Positions 12,445-25,575 of a stretch of 64,000 nucleotides of DNA are shown here, one piece after another (position 1 is the first letter of the stretch; every line of letters begins with the position of its first letter). Origin of the DNA: Mobula hypostoma (lineage: Eukaryota). The stretch is from contig NC_086101.1 in assembly GCF_963921235.1 (NCBI RefSeq), forward strand, positions 2,854,001-2,918,000, read 5' to 3'. Position numbers and translations under genes: made by a program. The notes under the pieces were generated by a model that had not been told where the DNA came from, searched no databases, and saw nothing but the letters and a program-made list of their open reading frames with translations.

Positions 12445-14010
12445 GACGCAGCATAGATTCACAAAGGGCAGGTCCTGTTTGACAAACTTACCGCAGTTCT
12501 TTGAGCATGGAATGAGTGCAGTGGATAGAGGGGAACAGTTGGATGTCGTATACTTCGATTTCTAGAAGGCGTTTGATAAGGTGCCGCACAAGAGACTTAT
12601 AAATAAGATACAGATGCATGGAGTCAGAGGAAGTGTATTGGCATGGATAGTGGATTGGTTAACCAACAGAAGCAGAGAGTTGGTATAAATGGGAGACAGT
12701 CTGTGGTGAGTGGGCACCCGCAGCTGTTTACCATTTACATCGATGATTTGGAAGCGGGGACTGAGTGTAGTGTAGCAAAATTTGCTGCTGACACTAAACC
12801 GAGTGGAAAAGCAAATTGTACAGAGGATGTGGAGAGTCTGCAGAGGGATATAGATAGGTGAGTGGGCCAAAGTCTGGCAGATGGAATACCATGTTGGTAA
12901 ATGTGAGATCATCCACTTTGGAAGGAATAATAGAAAAGCAGATTATTATTTAAATGGTGAAAGATTGCAGCATGCTGTTGTGCAGAGGGACTTGGGAGTG
13001 CTTGTTCATAAATTGCAAAAAGTTGGCTTGCAGGTACAACAGGTTATTAAGAAGGCAAACAGAATGTTGGACTTCATTGCTAGAGGGATTGAACTGAAGA
13101 GCAGGGAGGTCATGCTGCAACTGTACAGGGTACTGGTGAGACCGCACCTGGAGTACTGTGTGCAGTTCTGGTCTCCATACTTGAGGAAGGATATACTGGC
13201 TTTGGAGACAGTGCAGAGGAGATTCACCAGGTTGATTCCAGAGATGAAGGGGTTAACCTATGAGGAGCGATTGAGTCGCCTGGGACTATACTCTTAAGTT
13301 CAGAAGAATGAGAGGGGATCTTATAGAAATGTATAAAATTTTGAAAGGGATAGATAAGATAGAAGAAGGAAAGTTGTTTCCATTGGTAGGTGAGACTAGA
13401 ACTAGGGGACATTGCCTCAAGATTCAGGGGAAGATTTAGGACGGAGATGAGGAGAAACTGTTTTTCCCAGAGAGTGGTGAATCTGTGGAATTCTCTGCCC
13501 AGGGAAGCAGTTGAGGCTTCCTCACTAAATATATTTAAGAAACAGTTAGATAGGTTTTTACACAGTAAGGGAACTAAGGGTTATAGGGAAAAGGCAGGTA
13601 TATGGAGCTGAGTTTACGGACAGATCAGCAATGATCTTATTGAATGGTGGGACAGGCTCGATGGGCCAGATGGCCTACTCCTGCTCCTATTTCTTATGTT
13701 CTTATGAGTGGATTTAGAGAGAATGGGGGGGAGGGGGTCTCGGACCAGAGGCACAGCCTCAGAGTAGAGGGATGTCCATTTAGAACAGAGGTGAGGAGGA
13801 ATTTCTTCAGCCAGAGGGTGGTGAATCTATAGAATTCATTGCCACAGACGGCTGTGAAGGTCAAGTCATTGGGTGTAGTTAAAGTGGAGGTTGACAGGTT
13901 CTTGATTAGTCAGGGGGTGAAAGGTTATGGGGAGAAGGCAAGACAATGGTGGTGCAGACAGATGGGCTGAATGGCCTACTTCTGCTCCTTTCTGTCATGG
14001 TCTTATTCCA
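12445..14010 (+). mobile_element. 5'-truncated CR1 (RT and 3' end) followed by a further CR1 3' fragment
   Basis: ORFs at 12643, 12881 and 13390 (KCEIIHFG, LVRPHLEYCVQFWSP, FSQRVVNLWN); tail ttcttatgttcttatg near 13700. Confidence 0.85.
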
Positions 14011-14831
14011 GCAGAGCCATTCTGCAGAAGCTTGATGAGGTTACTATTTAGAGGGCCACTCACATTTGCATTATAATAAAGTTAGTGGTCCTGGAAGCTG
14101 TTCACCCAGGGCATACGTACACACACTCACACACACACGGAGCTAGGAGGTAGGGTCTGGCCCTGGGGTGGCTTGTCTGGAGATCAAAGGCCCAATGCCT
14201 GCAGGTCTGAGAGGCCAAGCCTGGAGGTGCCCTGCCCCGGTGTCTCGAAATCAGAACCAGAAATCAGGTTTCACGTTTTTGGCATATGTTGTGAAATTTG
14301 GTGTTTTACACCAGTGCAGGTCATAATAAAAAACTATAAATTATAGCAAATATATATATAAATCAAATCAAATAAGCTGTACAAAAAGAAAGCAAAAAAA
14401 ATTAACAGAAGTGGTGAGGTGTTGTACGTGGGTTCATTATTCATTCAGAAATCGACTGACAGGGGAAGAAGCAGCTGAGTGTGTGTCTGGGTGTACCTCC
14501 TCCCTGACGGTAGCAATGAGAAGAGGACGCGCTCTGGGTGATGGAGGTCAGTAATGACGGAAGCCGCTTTTTTGAGGCATCAGCTTTCGAAGTCCGTGAT
14601 GGAGACGGAGCAGTCTGGGAGGGTGAGTGCACGGGTGGTGGAAAAGGGGGCCTGTCTTGGTTGGTGTTGTTATTGTTTGTGTTATTCTGCTGAACACTGT
14701 CAGTATGCTATGGTGGTGCTGGAATACGTCACCACACCTGGGTGCTGCCCCAGCACATTCTCAGGTGTTACACTCTGGGATTTGAGCAACGCCCATTCAC
14801 TGTGAATGCTGAGCTGGGCAGAAACACCGAC

Positions 14832-14927
14832 CTGAAGCTGTGCGAGCAGATTATGCGTCTTCTCATTCGGGTACGTTTCATTGATGCTGACGATCGCTGA
14901 GGAGAACTCTGCATACCTTCTGGTGAC
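14832..14927 (-). CDS. VPS52: VPS52 internal exon, 96 nt: VTRRYAEFSSAIVSINETYPNEKTHNLLAQLQ
   Basis: Within ORF 14700..15011. Acceptor cccgcag, donor CAG|GTCGGT. Confidence 0.95.
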
Positions 14928-14973
14928 CTGCGGGGGGAAGTGACCACAATACACAATCAGTGAGGGATGAAAG

Positions 14974-16142
14974 AATTGAATTGAATTGACTTTATTTCTT
15001 ACATATTTCACATACGTGAGGAGTAAAAATCTTTAAGTTATGTCTCCATCTAAATGTGTAATGTGCAATCATAGTAATTTATAATAAATAGAACAATCAA
15101 TGTAATATAGAGTACACTCAAATCAGCGTGAGTTCATCAGTCTGATGGCCTGGTGGAAGAAGCTGTCCTGGAGCCTGCTGGTCCTGGCTTTTACGCTGCG
15201 GTACCGCTTCCCGGATGGTAGCAGCTGGAATAGATTGTGGTTGGGATGGCTTGGGTCCCCAGTGATCCTACGGGCCCTTTTTACACACCTGTCCTTGTAA
15301 ATGTCCTGACTCATGGGAAGTTCACAACTACAGATGTGCTGGGCTGTCCGCACCACTCTCTGCAGAGTCCTGCGATTGAGGGAGGTACCGTTCCCATACC
15401 AGACAGTGATGTAGCCAGTCAGGATGCTCTCAATTGTGCCTCTGTAGAAAGTTCTTAGGATTTGGAGGCCCGTACCAAACTTCCTCAACTGTCTGAGGTG
15501 AAAGAGGTGCTGTTGTGCCTTTTACACCACACAGCCCGTGTGTACAGACCACATGAGGTCCTCAGTGATGTGGATGCCGAGGAACTTGAAGCTGTTTACC
15601 CTCTCAACCCCAGAGCCATTGATGTCAATAGAGGTTAGCCCATCTCCATTCCTCCTGTAATCCACAACCAGCTCCTTTGTTTTTGTGACATTGAGGGAGA
15701 GGTTGTTTTCTCGACACCACTGTGACAGAGAGATGACTTCTTCCCTGTAGGCCACCTCGTTATTGTTTGCGATAAGGCCAATCAATGTAGTGTCGTTGGC
15801 AAATTTAATTAGCAGGTTTAGAGCTGTGGGTGGGGATACAGTCATGGCTATACAGGGAGTAAAGAAGGGGGCTTAGTACACAGCCCTGAGGGGCTCCTGT
15901 GTTGATAGTCAGGGGGGTGGAGGTGAGGGAGCCCACTCTTACAACCTGCTGGTGATCTGACAGGAAGTACAGGATCCAGCTGCACAAGGCAGGGTCAAGG
16001 CCGAGGCCTCTGAGCTTCTTGTCCAGTCCGGACAGAACTATGGTGTTGAATACTGAATTGTAGTCCAAGAACAGCATTCTCACATAAGCATCCTTCTTCT
16101 CCAGATGTGTAAGGACGGTGTGTAGAGCTGTCGTTATTGCGT
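14974..16142 (-). mobile_element. 5'-truncated Rex1/Babar-like LINE
   Basis: RT motifs TGAPQGCVLSPLLYSLY and KFANDTT, plus LRTFYRGTIESILT; (TCAAT)n tail at 14974-14990. Confidence 0.85.
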
Positions 16143-16220
16143 CAGGTACACAATCAGTGAGGGTCGAGGGAGGGACCACAGGTACACAATCAGTGAGGGT
16201 CGAGGGAGGGACCACAGGTA
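16143..16220. repeat. 36-bp tandem repeat, about 2 copies; a third partial copy lies at 14942-14966
   Basis: caggtacacaatcagtgagggtcgagggagggacca is repeated. Confidence 0.85.
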
Positions 16221-17895
16221 GACTATCAGCCTCTTGACCAAACAGTGTTAGAGTTATAGAGCCCTGCAAGAACAATACCTGGCCTTTGGCCCATGTAGCC
16301 CATGCCAAACTAGTCTGGTTCCATCAACTCACCACTGGACCATAGCCCTCCATACCCCTCTCATCCATGTACTTCTCTGAATTTCTGTTAAACGTTGCAG
16401 TCGAACGCACATCCACCACTTCTGCTGGCAGTTCGTCCACACTCTCACCACCCGCTCAGTGAGAAGTTCTCCCTCAGGATCCACTGACCTCTAGTTGTAC
16501 TCCCACCCACCCTCAGTGGAAAAAGCCTAATTGCATTTACCCTATCTATTCCCCTCATTATTCTGTATACCTCTATCCAATCTTTCCTCATTCTCCTGCA
16601 CTCCAGGGGGTAATGTCCTAACCTATTCAACCTTTCTCTATTACTCAGGACCTGAAGTCCTGGCCACAGCCTTAGAAATTTCCCTGTTCTGTTTGAATCT
16701 TATTGACATCGTTTTCTGTACAGAGGTGACTAGATCTACACATAATACTCAAAAATTGACTTCACGAACATCTTAGACAACTTCAACATAACTACCCAAC
16801 TCCTAGACTCAGTACTTTGATTTATAAAAGCAAATGTGTGCTATGCTCTCCTTATGCCCCTCTCCTGTGACACCACGTTGAAAGAATTATGGACATCTGA
16901 AATGTTTGAAACAGGAAGAGAATCTTCAGCCCGCAATGTTGTGCTGAACCGATTGAGTTAGTCATCTAATTGTGAATTAATCTCTTTTGCCTCCTCCATG
17001 TCCACATCCTTCCATTTTCCTCACACTCATGTGCCTATCTAAACATCTCGTACGCAGCACATTCCAGGCACCCACCGCTGTCCGTATAAATAAAAACTTG
17101 CCCTTCAAGCCTCCTTTGAAATTACCCCCTCTCACCTTAAATACATGCCTTTTGGTATTAGACATTTCACCTGTGGGAAAAAGATACTGTCTTACTCTCT
17201 TCCGCCTAACTCTGCCATGGACTGTCCCAAACCCCGCTGTGAAAGGAGGAGGATTTGGCCTGCGTGTTGCAAACCCATCCTGTAAAAACATAACCTGCAG
17301 AAATGACAGCAGAGGCTCCAAAGGCCTCAGTCCCAGGCCAGAAAGGATCTTTGCTTGGAGGATGTATAGCTGGCCAACACCTAGACGTAAAGCACTGGCC
17401 CAGAACAGAGGGCTCTGACAAGCTGCTCTTGGCGGCCTAGGCTCCAGTAAATGTGAGTAGGCTCTTTCCACTTAGATTAGGAGAGATAAGTACGAGAGGA
17501 CATGGCTTTAGGGTGAGGGGGAACTTCTTCACTCAGACAGTGGTGGGAGTGTGGAATGAGCTGCCATCTGACGTGGTAAATGCTGGCTTACTCTTATGTT
17601 TTGAGAATAAATTGGATGGATACATGGATAGGAGAGGTCTGGAGGGTTTTGGACTGAGTGCAGGTCAATGGGACTAGCGGAATAAAGTTTCGGCACAGAC
17701 TAGGAGGACCGAATGGCCTGTTTTCTGTGCTGTAGTGTTCTATGGTTCTATGGTTCTAAGGGGATGGGCTTAAGAAGACGTCTCTTATACCTCTCAGGCT
17801 GTGCCTGGGACGTGAGAGTTGTGTTAGCCTGTCCAACACTCTAACATAACCGGCAACCCCACCCCCCAGCCCTCAGAGGCCCGGGAGACCCTTAC

Positions 17896-18019
17896 GTAGT
17901 GTGGGCGGGTGTCGAGGGCACCAAGTCTCTGTGGGTCTGTGTTACGAATGCTCTGAATGTTCAGCTCCAGGATGTATTCAAACCTTGGCCAGAGGATTTC
18001 CAGTAGGGTGTCCCAGTAC
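17896..18019 (-). CDS. VPS52: VPS52 internal exon, 124 nt: YWDTLLEILWPRFEYILELNIQSIRNTDPQRLGALDTRPHY
   Basis: Within ORF 17824..18060. Acceptor ctttgcag, donor TAC|GTAAGG. Confidence 0.96.
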
Positions 18020-18380
18020 CTGCAAAGTTCAATATTGTTTAACGTCATTCCTGTACACAAGGGGAAAGGAGAATGAAATAATTTTCACTCCACATCCAAT
18101 GCAGCACAAAAGAAGCAATAGAAGATAAAGAACACAATAATAATAATCATAAAAAACATAAAGGTAAATACATAAGATAACTTCTATACATACATATGTG
18201 CCTAGACTGTACACAAGGTGACTAATGGGAAATAATAAAGTAGTGGTGGAGTTTGTGGTGGAGGTGTTGATCGGCCTTACTGTCTGGGGAAAGTAACTGT
18301 TTTTGAGTCTGGTGTAGCCTCCTCCCTGATGAGAGTGGGACAAGCAGTCCATGAGCAGGGTGAGTGGGATCCTTCATGAT

Positions 18381-18423
18381 CACACACACACACACAAACA
18401 CACAGAAACACACACACGCAGAA

Positions 18424-18458
<35 letters not shown>

Positions 18459-18488
18459 CACACACACACAGAAACACACACACACATA

Positions 18489-18534
<46 letters not shown>

Positions 18535-18601
18535 CACAGAAACACACACACGCAGAAACGCACACACACACACACACACACAGAAACACACACACGCAGA
18601 A

Positions 18602-18636
<35 letters not shown>

Positions 18637-18734
18637 CACAGAAACACACACACACATACAAACACACACACACAAACACACACACACACACAAAAACACA
18701 CACACACAAACACACACACACACACACAGAAACG

Positions 18735-18766
<32 letters not shown>

Positions 18767-18768
18767 CA
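18381..18768. repeat. Compound (CA)n microsatellite
   Basis: CA runs with recurrent GAAA, CGCA and TA interruptions. Confidence 0.97.
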
Positions 18769-19959
18769 CCCTGTTACTCACTGGCTCAGTGTTACCTGCT
18801 CCTGTCTGAAATTGTTTTTTCATCAAAATAAACTTCTTAAATAATAAAAATAAATATTTACAATAATAAACTTATGCTTTCCATTCTTACGCATAGTCAA
18901 TGCTTTCAGGACTATTGGGAAATAAGTGGAAGTGGGTGCAGAGATCTCCCCGGATGCTGTCTGGATTGGTGACCATGTCTTACGAGGATAGGTTGAGCAA
19001 GCTACAGCTTTTCTCTTCGAAGCAAAGGAGGATTGATAGAGGTGTATGAGATGATGAGGCGTAGATCAAGAGGACAGCCAGAGACTCTTTCCCAGGGCAG
19101 AAAGGGAAGTACACAGTGGGGGGGAGGAGATGACAGAGGTAGTTTTTTAAATCTACACAGAGTGAAGGGTGTGTGGAATGCCGTGCCAGGGATGATGGTA
19201 GAAGCAACAACATTATGGATATTAAAGATAGGCACATGGATAGGTAAATGGAGGGCTTTCTAAGATGGGGAGGGTTAGACTGATCTTGGAGTAGGTTAAA
19301 AGGTTGGCACACATCATGGGCTGAAAGGCCTGTACAGCACTGTACAATTCAATGTTATGCTCTAGTCAGGGCTTGTCCATATGGCTTTGTGTGGGGCAGA
19401 CTGAGGAAGTGTTGTAGTAGCTATACCAGACCTGGTTAAACCGCGTATGGAGGGTTCAGTTCAGACTACCTGCAGGTCATTAGGATCAGATAAACTTGTC
19501 CCCTGGAAGTTTTAGACCACAAGACTATAAGATATAGGAGCAGGAGGAGGCCATTCCGCCCATCGAGTCTGCTCCACCATTCAATCATGGCTGATCCGAT
19601 TCTTCCACTCATCCCCACTCCCCTGCCTTCTCCACATCCCCTAATCAAGAACCTGTCTATCTCTGCCTTAAATACACCCAATGACTTGGCCTCCGCAGCT
19701 ACTCGTGGCAACAAATTCCACAGATTTACCACCTTCTGACTAAAGAAATTTCTCCGCACCTCAGTTTTAAATGGACGTCCTTCAATCCTGAAGTCGTGCC
19801 CTCTTGTCCTGGACTCCCCTACCATTGGAAATAACTGCCATATCTAATCTGTTCAGGCCTTTCTATGAGATCCCCCTCATTCTCTTGAACTCCAGGGAAT
19901 ACAGCCCGAGATCTACCAGACGTTCCTCATATGGTAACCCTTTCATTCTTGGAATACTT

Positions 19960-20540
19960 CAAGCAACACACATCAAAGTTGCTGGTGAACGCAGCAGGCC
20001 AGGCGGCATCTCTAGGAAGAGGCGCAGTCGACGTTTCGGACTAACTGAAGGAAGAGCTAGTAAGAGATTTGGAAGTGGGAGGGGGAGGGGGAGATCCAAA
20101 ATGATGGGAGAAGACAGGAGGGGGTGGGATTGAGCCAAGAGCTGGACAGTTGATTGGCAAAAGGGATATGAGAGGATCATGGGACAGGAGGCCCAGGGAG
20201 AAGGAAAAGGGGGGGGGGGAACCCACAGGATGGACAAGGGGTCTATTCAGAAGGACAGAGGGAGAAAAAGGACAGAGAGAGAGAGAAAGAATGTGTGTAT
20301 ATAAATAAATAACGGATGGGGTACAAGGGGGAGGTGGGGCATTAGCGGAAATTTGAGAAGTCAATGTCCATGCCATCAGGTTGGAGGCTACCCAGACGGA
20401 ATATAAGGTGTTATTCCTCCAATCTGAGTGTGGCTTCATCTTTACAGTAGAGGAGGCCATGGATAGACATATCAGAATGGGAATGGGATGTGGAATTAAA
20501 ATGTGTGGCCACTGGGAGATCCTGCTTTCTCTGGCGGACA
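19960..20540 (-). mobile_element. Penelope-like element 3' remnant (GIY-YIG C-terminus plus terminal repeat region)
   Basis: Manual translation gives VATHFNSTSHSHSDMSIHGL...LRLEE*HLIFRLGSLQPDGMDIDFS, followed by a pyrimidine-rich tract and GAAACGTCGACTG. Confidence 0.75.
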
Positions 20541-20869
20541 GATGGTATCCAGAACTAGATGGCACAGCCTCAAAATTAAGGGGCAACCGTTTCGAATGAA
20601 GGTAAGGCGGAATTTTTTTTTAGCCAGAGGTAGTAAATCTGTGGTATGCTCTACCACAGCCTGTGGTGGAGGCCAAGTCCATGCATATATTTAAGGCAGA
20701 AGTTGATCATTTCCTGATCAGTCAGGGCATCAAAGGATACGGCAAGAAGGTAGGTGTAGGGGATTGAGTGGAATCTAGGATCGGCCATAATGGAATGGCA
20801 GAGCAGACTCGATGGGCTGAATGGCCTAATTCTGCTCCCATGTATTATAGTCTTATAGACCATGCCAGA

Positions 20870-22650
20870 ATCAAGTGTTTTTTTGAAAGATCATGACCAA
20901 TGCATCCATTATCTCTTCAGCAACCTCTCTCAGGGCACTGGGATGTAGTCCATATGGTCCAGGTGACATCCATCTTAAGACCTTTGAGTTTGCCTAGCTT
21001 TTGTAATAGCAATGGCACTCTCTCCTGCTCCCTGACACTCACGGACCTCTGGCACACTGCTAGTGTCTTTCACAATGAAGATTGTTGCAAAGTACTCATT
21101 AAGTTCATCTGCCGTTTCTTTGTCCCCCATTCCTACCTCGCCTGCATTATTTTCCAGTGGTTCAATATCAACTCTCAACTCCCTTTTACTCTTCACATAA
21201 CTAAAAAAAACTTTTTATATCCTACTTTTCATTATTGGCTAGTTTGTCCTCATATTTCATCTTCTCCCTTCTTACAGCTTTTTTAGATGCCTCTTGTTGG
21301 GTTTTAAAAGCTTCCCAATCATCCAGCTTCTCACTCACTTTTGCTACCTTTGATATTGAACTTTTTACTGTTGGACTTCGGCCACATTCCACCGTGATAC
21401 AGCACTGGCGGCACGGGAGGTCGTTCCTGCCTGTGGCCATCGAATGTGCAGCTCCTCCTGTGGAGGGTCAGACACCCTGAGCCAATAGACTGGTCCTGGA
21501 CTTATTTTCCATCTGGCATAGTTTTGCATTTTGTTGTTTGATTGTTGGAGTTTTTTATATTGCTATATTTACGTTCTATTCTTGGTTGGCGCTGCTGTAA
21601 CAAAACCAAATTTCCCTCGGGATTAATAAAGTATATCTATCTATCTATCTACCTTATATGCCCATTCGTTAGTCTTTATGCAGTCCTTAACTTCCCTTGT
21701 CAGTCATGGTTGTCTCCCCCTGCCACTTGATAACTACTTCTTCTGTGGGACATATCTATCCTGCACCTTGTGAACTATTTCCAGAAACTTTAGTTGCTTT
21801 TGCTCTGCCAGTATCCCCACCAGTGTGCCCCTCCAATTAAACTGGGCAAGCTCCTCTTTCACGCCTCTGTAAGCCCCTTTATTCCATTGCGATACTGATA
21901 CATCTGACTTGTGCTTCTCCCTTCAAACTGCAGTATGAATTCAATCATATTATGGTCACTGCCTCCTAAGGGTTCCTTTACATTAAACTCCCTAACAAGA
22001 TCTGGGTTATTACACAACACCCAATCTAAAATAGGCTTTCCCCTCGTAGGCTCAAGCACAAGCCGGTCCAAAAAGCCATTCCGTAGGCATTCAACAAAAT
22101 TCCATCTCTTGCGATCCAACACCAACCTGGTTTTCCTAATCCCCTTGCAGCTGGAGGTTCCTCATTACAATTGTGACATTACCCTTATTACATGCCTTTC
22201 CCAGCTCCCCTTGTAATCTTCACCTCACATCTTGGCTACTATTTGGAGACCTATATACGATTCCCAAAACGGTTTTTTAACCCCAGCAGTTTCTTAACTC
22301 CACCCACAGAGATTCACATTTGCTAACCCTGTGTCACCTCTTCTTAAAGTTATAATCCCATCTCTTACCAACAAATAACACCACCACCTACGCCTTCCTG
22401 CCTGTCCTTTCGATACAAAGTATATCCTTTGATGTTAAACTCCCAACTATGATCTTCTTTCAGCCACGACTCAGTGATACCACAACGTCATACCAACCCA
22501 TCTCTAATTGCACCATGTTCATCCACCTTATTCCAAATGCTACCTGCATTTAAATACAGCACCTTCAGCCCTGAATTCTTTGCTCTTTTGGTTGGTGCCT
22601 CTGTGGTACAATTTAACTCTGCTCTGTTGGCATTTGTACCCAATCATTGG
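20870..22650 (-). mobile_element. Degenerate CR1 ORF2 fragments with a small nested Rex1-like 3' piece (about 21355-21650)
   Basis: EPTRGKPILDWVLCN...LGGSDHNMIEF and ADELNEYFA motifs. Confidence 0.7.
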
Positions 22651-22879
22651 TCGATTGGTAAGAAACTGTTCCTAAAACATTGAATGTGTGCCTTCAGCCT
22701 CCTATACCTCCTCCATGATGGTAGCAATGAGAAGACGGCATCTCCCAGATCATGAGGGTCTTAATGGTGGATGCCACCATCTCGAGGCATTACCTTTCAT
22801 GACATATGTCAGTAAAAATAAAACTGATTTCGGATTCTGGAGCAGGGTGGGACATTGAGACAGACAGAGGTTATAGGGA

Positions 22880-24350
22880 GACAGGTTTCGAGATTTGAGG
22901 AATGGCTAACAGTGTGAATTTACCCCAGGAGGGGGAGAAGATTGGAGATTAGGGAAAGGGTAACTGTGATTTTACCCCAGAGGGAGAGGGGATTGGAGAT
23001 TTTGGGAATGGGTAACAGAGTGATTTTACCCCAGAGGGGGAGATGATTAGAGATTTGTGGAATGGCGTGATTTTACCATAGAGGGGCAGATGATTGGAAA
23101 TTTGTGGAACGGGTAACAGAGTGATTTTACCCCAGAGGGGGAGATGACTGGAGATTTGTGGAACGGCTAATAGTGTGATTTTACCTTAGAGAGGCAGATG
23201 ATTGGAAATTTGTGGAATGGGTAACGAGTGATTTTACCCCGGGGGCAGATGATTGGAAATTTGGGGAAAGGCTAACAGAGTGATTTTACCCCGGGGGGGT
23301 GAAGAGGATTGGAGATTTGTGGACTGAGTAACAGTGTGATTTTACCCCAGGAGGAGGGAAGAGGATTGGAGATTTGTGGACTGAGTAACAGTGTGATTTT
23401 ACCCCGGGGGGAGGTAAGAGGATTGGAGATTTGGGGACTGAGTAACAGAGTGATTTTACCCCGGGGGGGGGAAGAGGATTGGAGATTTGGGGACTGAGTA
23501 ACAGTGTGATTTTACCCCGGGGGGGGGAAAGAGGATTGGAGATTTGGGGACTGAGTAACAGTGTGATTTTACCCCGGGGGGAGGGAAGAGGATTGGAGAT
23601 TTGGGGACTGAGTAACAGTGTGATTTTACCCCGGGGGGAGGGAAGAGGATTGGAGATTTGGGGACTGAGTAACAGTGTGATTTTACCCCGGGGGGAGGGA
23701 AGAGGATTGGAGATTTGGGGACTGAGTAACAGTGTGATTTTACCCTGGGGGGGGGAAGGGAAGAGGATTGGAGATTTGTGGACTGAGTAACAGTGTGATT
23801 TTACCCCGGGGGGAGGTAAGAGGATTGGAGATTTGGGGACTGAGTAACAGAGTGATTTTACCCCGGGGGGGGGAAGAGGATTGGAGATTTGGGGACTGAG
23901 TAACAGTGTGATTTTACCTTGGAGGGGGGGAAGAGGATTGGAGATTTGGGGACTGAGTAACAGAGTGATTTTACCGTAGGGGGAGGGAAGAGGATTGGAG
24001 ATTTGGGGACTGAGTAACAGTGTGATTTTACCCCGGGGGGGGAAGAGGATTGGAGATTTGGGGACTGAGTAACAGTGTGATTTTACCCGGGGGGGGAGGG
24101 AAGAGGATTGGAGATTTGGGGACTGAGTAACAGTGTGATTTTACCCCGGGGGGGGAAGAGGATTGGAGATTTGGGGACTGAGTAACAGTGTGATTTTACC
24201 CCGGGGGGGGGGAAGAGGATTGGAGATTTGGGGACTGAGTAACAGTGTGATTTTACCCCGGGGGGGGAAGAGGATTGGAGATTTGGGGACTGAGTAACAG
24301 TGTGATTTTACCCCGGGGGGGGAGGGAAGAGGATTGGAGATTTGGGGAAC
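22880..24350. repeat. ~60-bp G-rich minisatellite, about 24 copies
   Basis: Unit gaggattggagatttggggactgagtaacagtgtgattttaccccgggggg(g/a)n; 20-aa periodicity in the ORF track. Confidence 0.96.
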
Positions 24351-24447
24351 ATTTAGCAGTCTGTTTTTCTATCTCCACAGACACTGCCTGACTTGCCCAG
24401 CTGCTTCTGTGTCACATCGTTTCCCAAAGACTTAAATCTTTCATTAC

Positions 24448-24566
24448 TTATCGACAGCAGGGACGTTTCGCTTTGCCATGATGGTCTTGAAGCGGAGGAT
24501 GATGTGGATGCACAGGAAGATGGCAATACTGTCAAAGCTATCGGCAACGTAGGTATCCATGTGTTT
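24448..24566 (-). CDS. VPS52: VPS52 internal exon, 119 nt: KHMDTYVADSFDSIAIFLCIHIILRFKTIMAKRNVPAVD(K)
   Basis: Within ORF 24444..24671. Polypyrimidine tract plus tttcag acceptor, donor AA|GTAATG. Confidence 0.95.
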
Positions 24567-24669
24567 CTGAAAGAAAAAGAAATTATAAACAGTAAATGAG
24601 CCACCAACACAAAGCAATAGGCAAAGTCTCCCAGCGCTCACTGTCACCTTGATCGAACCGCCCAATTTC

Positions 24670-24905
24670 ATTTATTTATTTAGAGATGCAACGTGAAACA
24701 AGCCCCTCTGGCCTTTCAAGCTCAACAAACGGGACAATTTATCTACTAAGTGTTACGCTTTTGGACTGTGGGAGGAAACCAGAGCACTCAGAGGAAACCC
24801 ATGCACACACAGAAAATATACAAACTTGCTTAGAGAGAACTCCAAACTCAGACGCCCCGAGTGGAGTAACGTGACAGTAACCACTAGACTACCATGGCAC
24901 CCAAC
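24670..24905 (-). mobile_element. V-SINE/HE1-like tRNA-derived SINE remnant
   Basis: gactgtgggaggaaaccagagcactcagaggaaaccca is the reverse complement of the recalled V-SINE central domain. Confidence 0.6.
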
Positions 24906-25244
24906 TGCCCAAGAATGGCTGGTGATGTTGTGTCGGATTCAGCCACACTGAGATTGAGTACAAAGAAAGGATATTAATGGATCTTAGGAAAGGGCTGAAT
25001 AGGTTCGAACTTTATTCCCTAGAGCACAGGAGAATGATGGAGATTTGGGAGAAGTATATATAATTATGAGCAGTATTGAGAGATTAAACACAAGCAGGCT
25101 TTTTCCACTGAGGTTGGGTGAGACTGGAACTAGAGGTCATTAGTTAAGTGTGGAAGGTGAAATGAACTGCCAGTGAAAATGGTGGATGTGGGTTTGGTTG
25201 CAACATTTAAGGGAAGTTTGGCTAGGTACATGGATGGAAGGGAT

Positions 25245-25575
25245 ATGCCTCTAAGAGCAAAGAGGTCCTTCTGCAGCTGTACAGGGCCCTGGTGAGACCA
25301 CACCTGGAGTACTGTGTGCAGTTTTGGTCTCCAAATTTGAGGAAGGACATTCTTGCTATTGAGGGAGTGCAGCGTAGGTTCACAAGGTTAATTCCCGGGA
25401 TGGCGGGACTGCCATATGTCGAAAGATTGGATCGACTGGGCTTGTATACACTGGAATTTAGAAGGATGAGAGGGGATCTTATTGAAACATATAAGATTAT
25501 TAAGGGATTGGACACGCTGGAGGCAGGAAGCATGTTCCCGCTGATGGGTGAGTCCAGAACCAGAAGCCACAGTTG
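25245..25575 (+). mobile_element. CR1 RT C-terminal fragment
   Basis: RPHLEYCVQFWSP...GESRTRSHS. Confidence 0.8.

Noticed and set aside
17206..17775. Possible RTE-related non-autonomous element interrupted by a CR1 3' fragment
   Set aside because: The resemblance rests on recalled terminal motifs only. There is no coding evidence or clear TSD, so it was not called as a feature.
18222..18831. Cys/Val and His/Thr repeat ORFs
   Set aside because: Translations of a (CA)n microsatellite.
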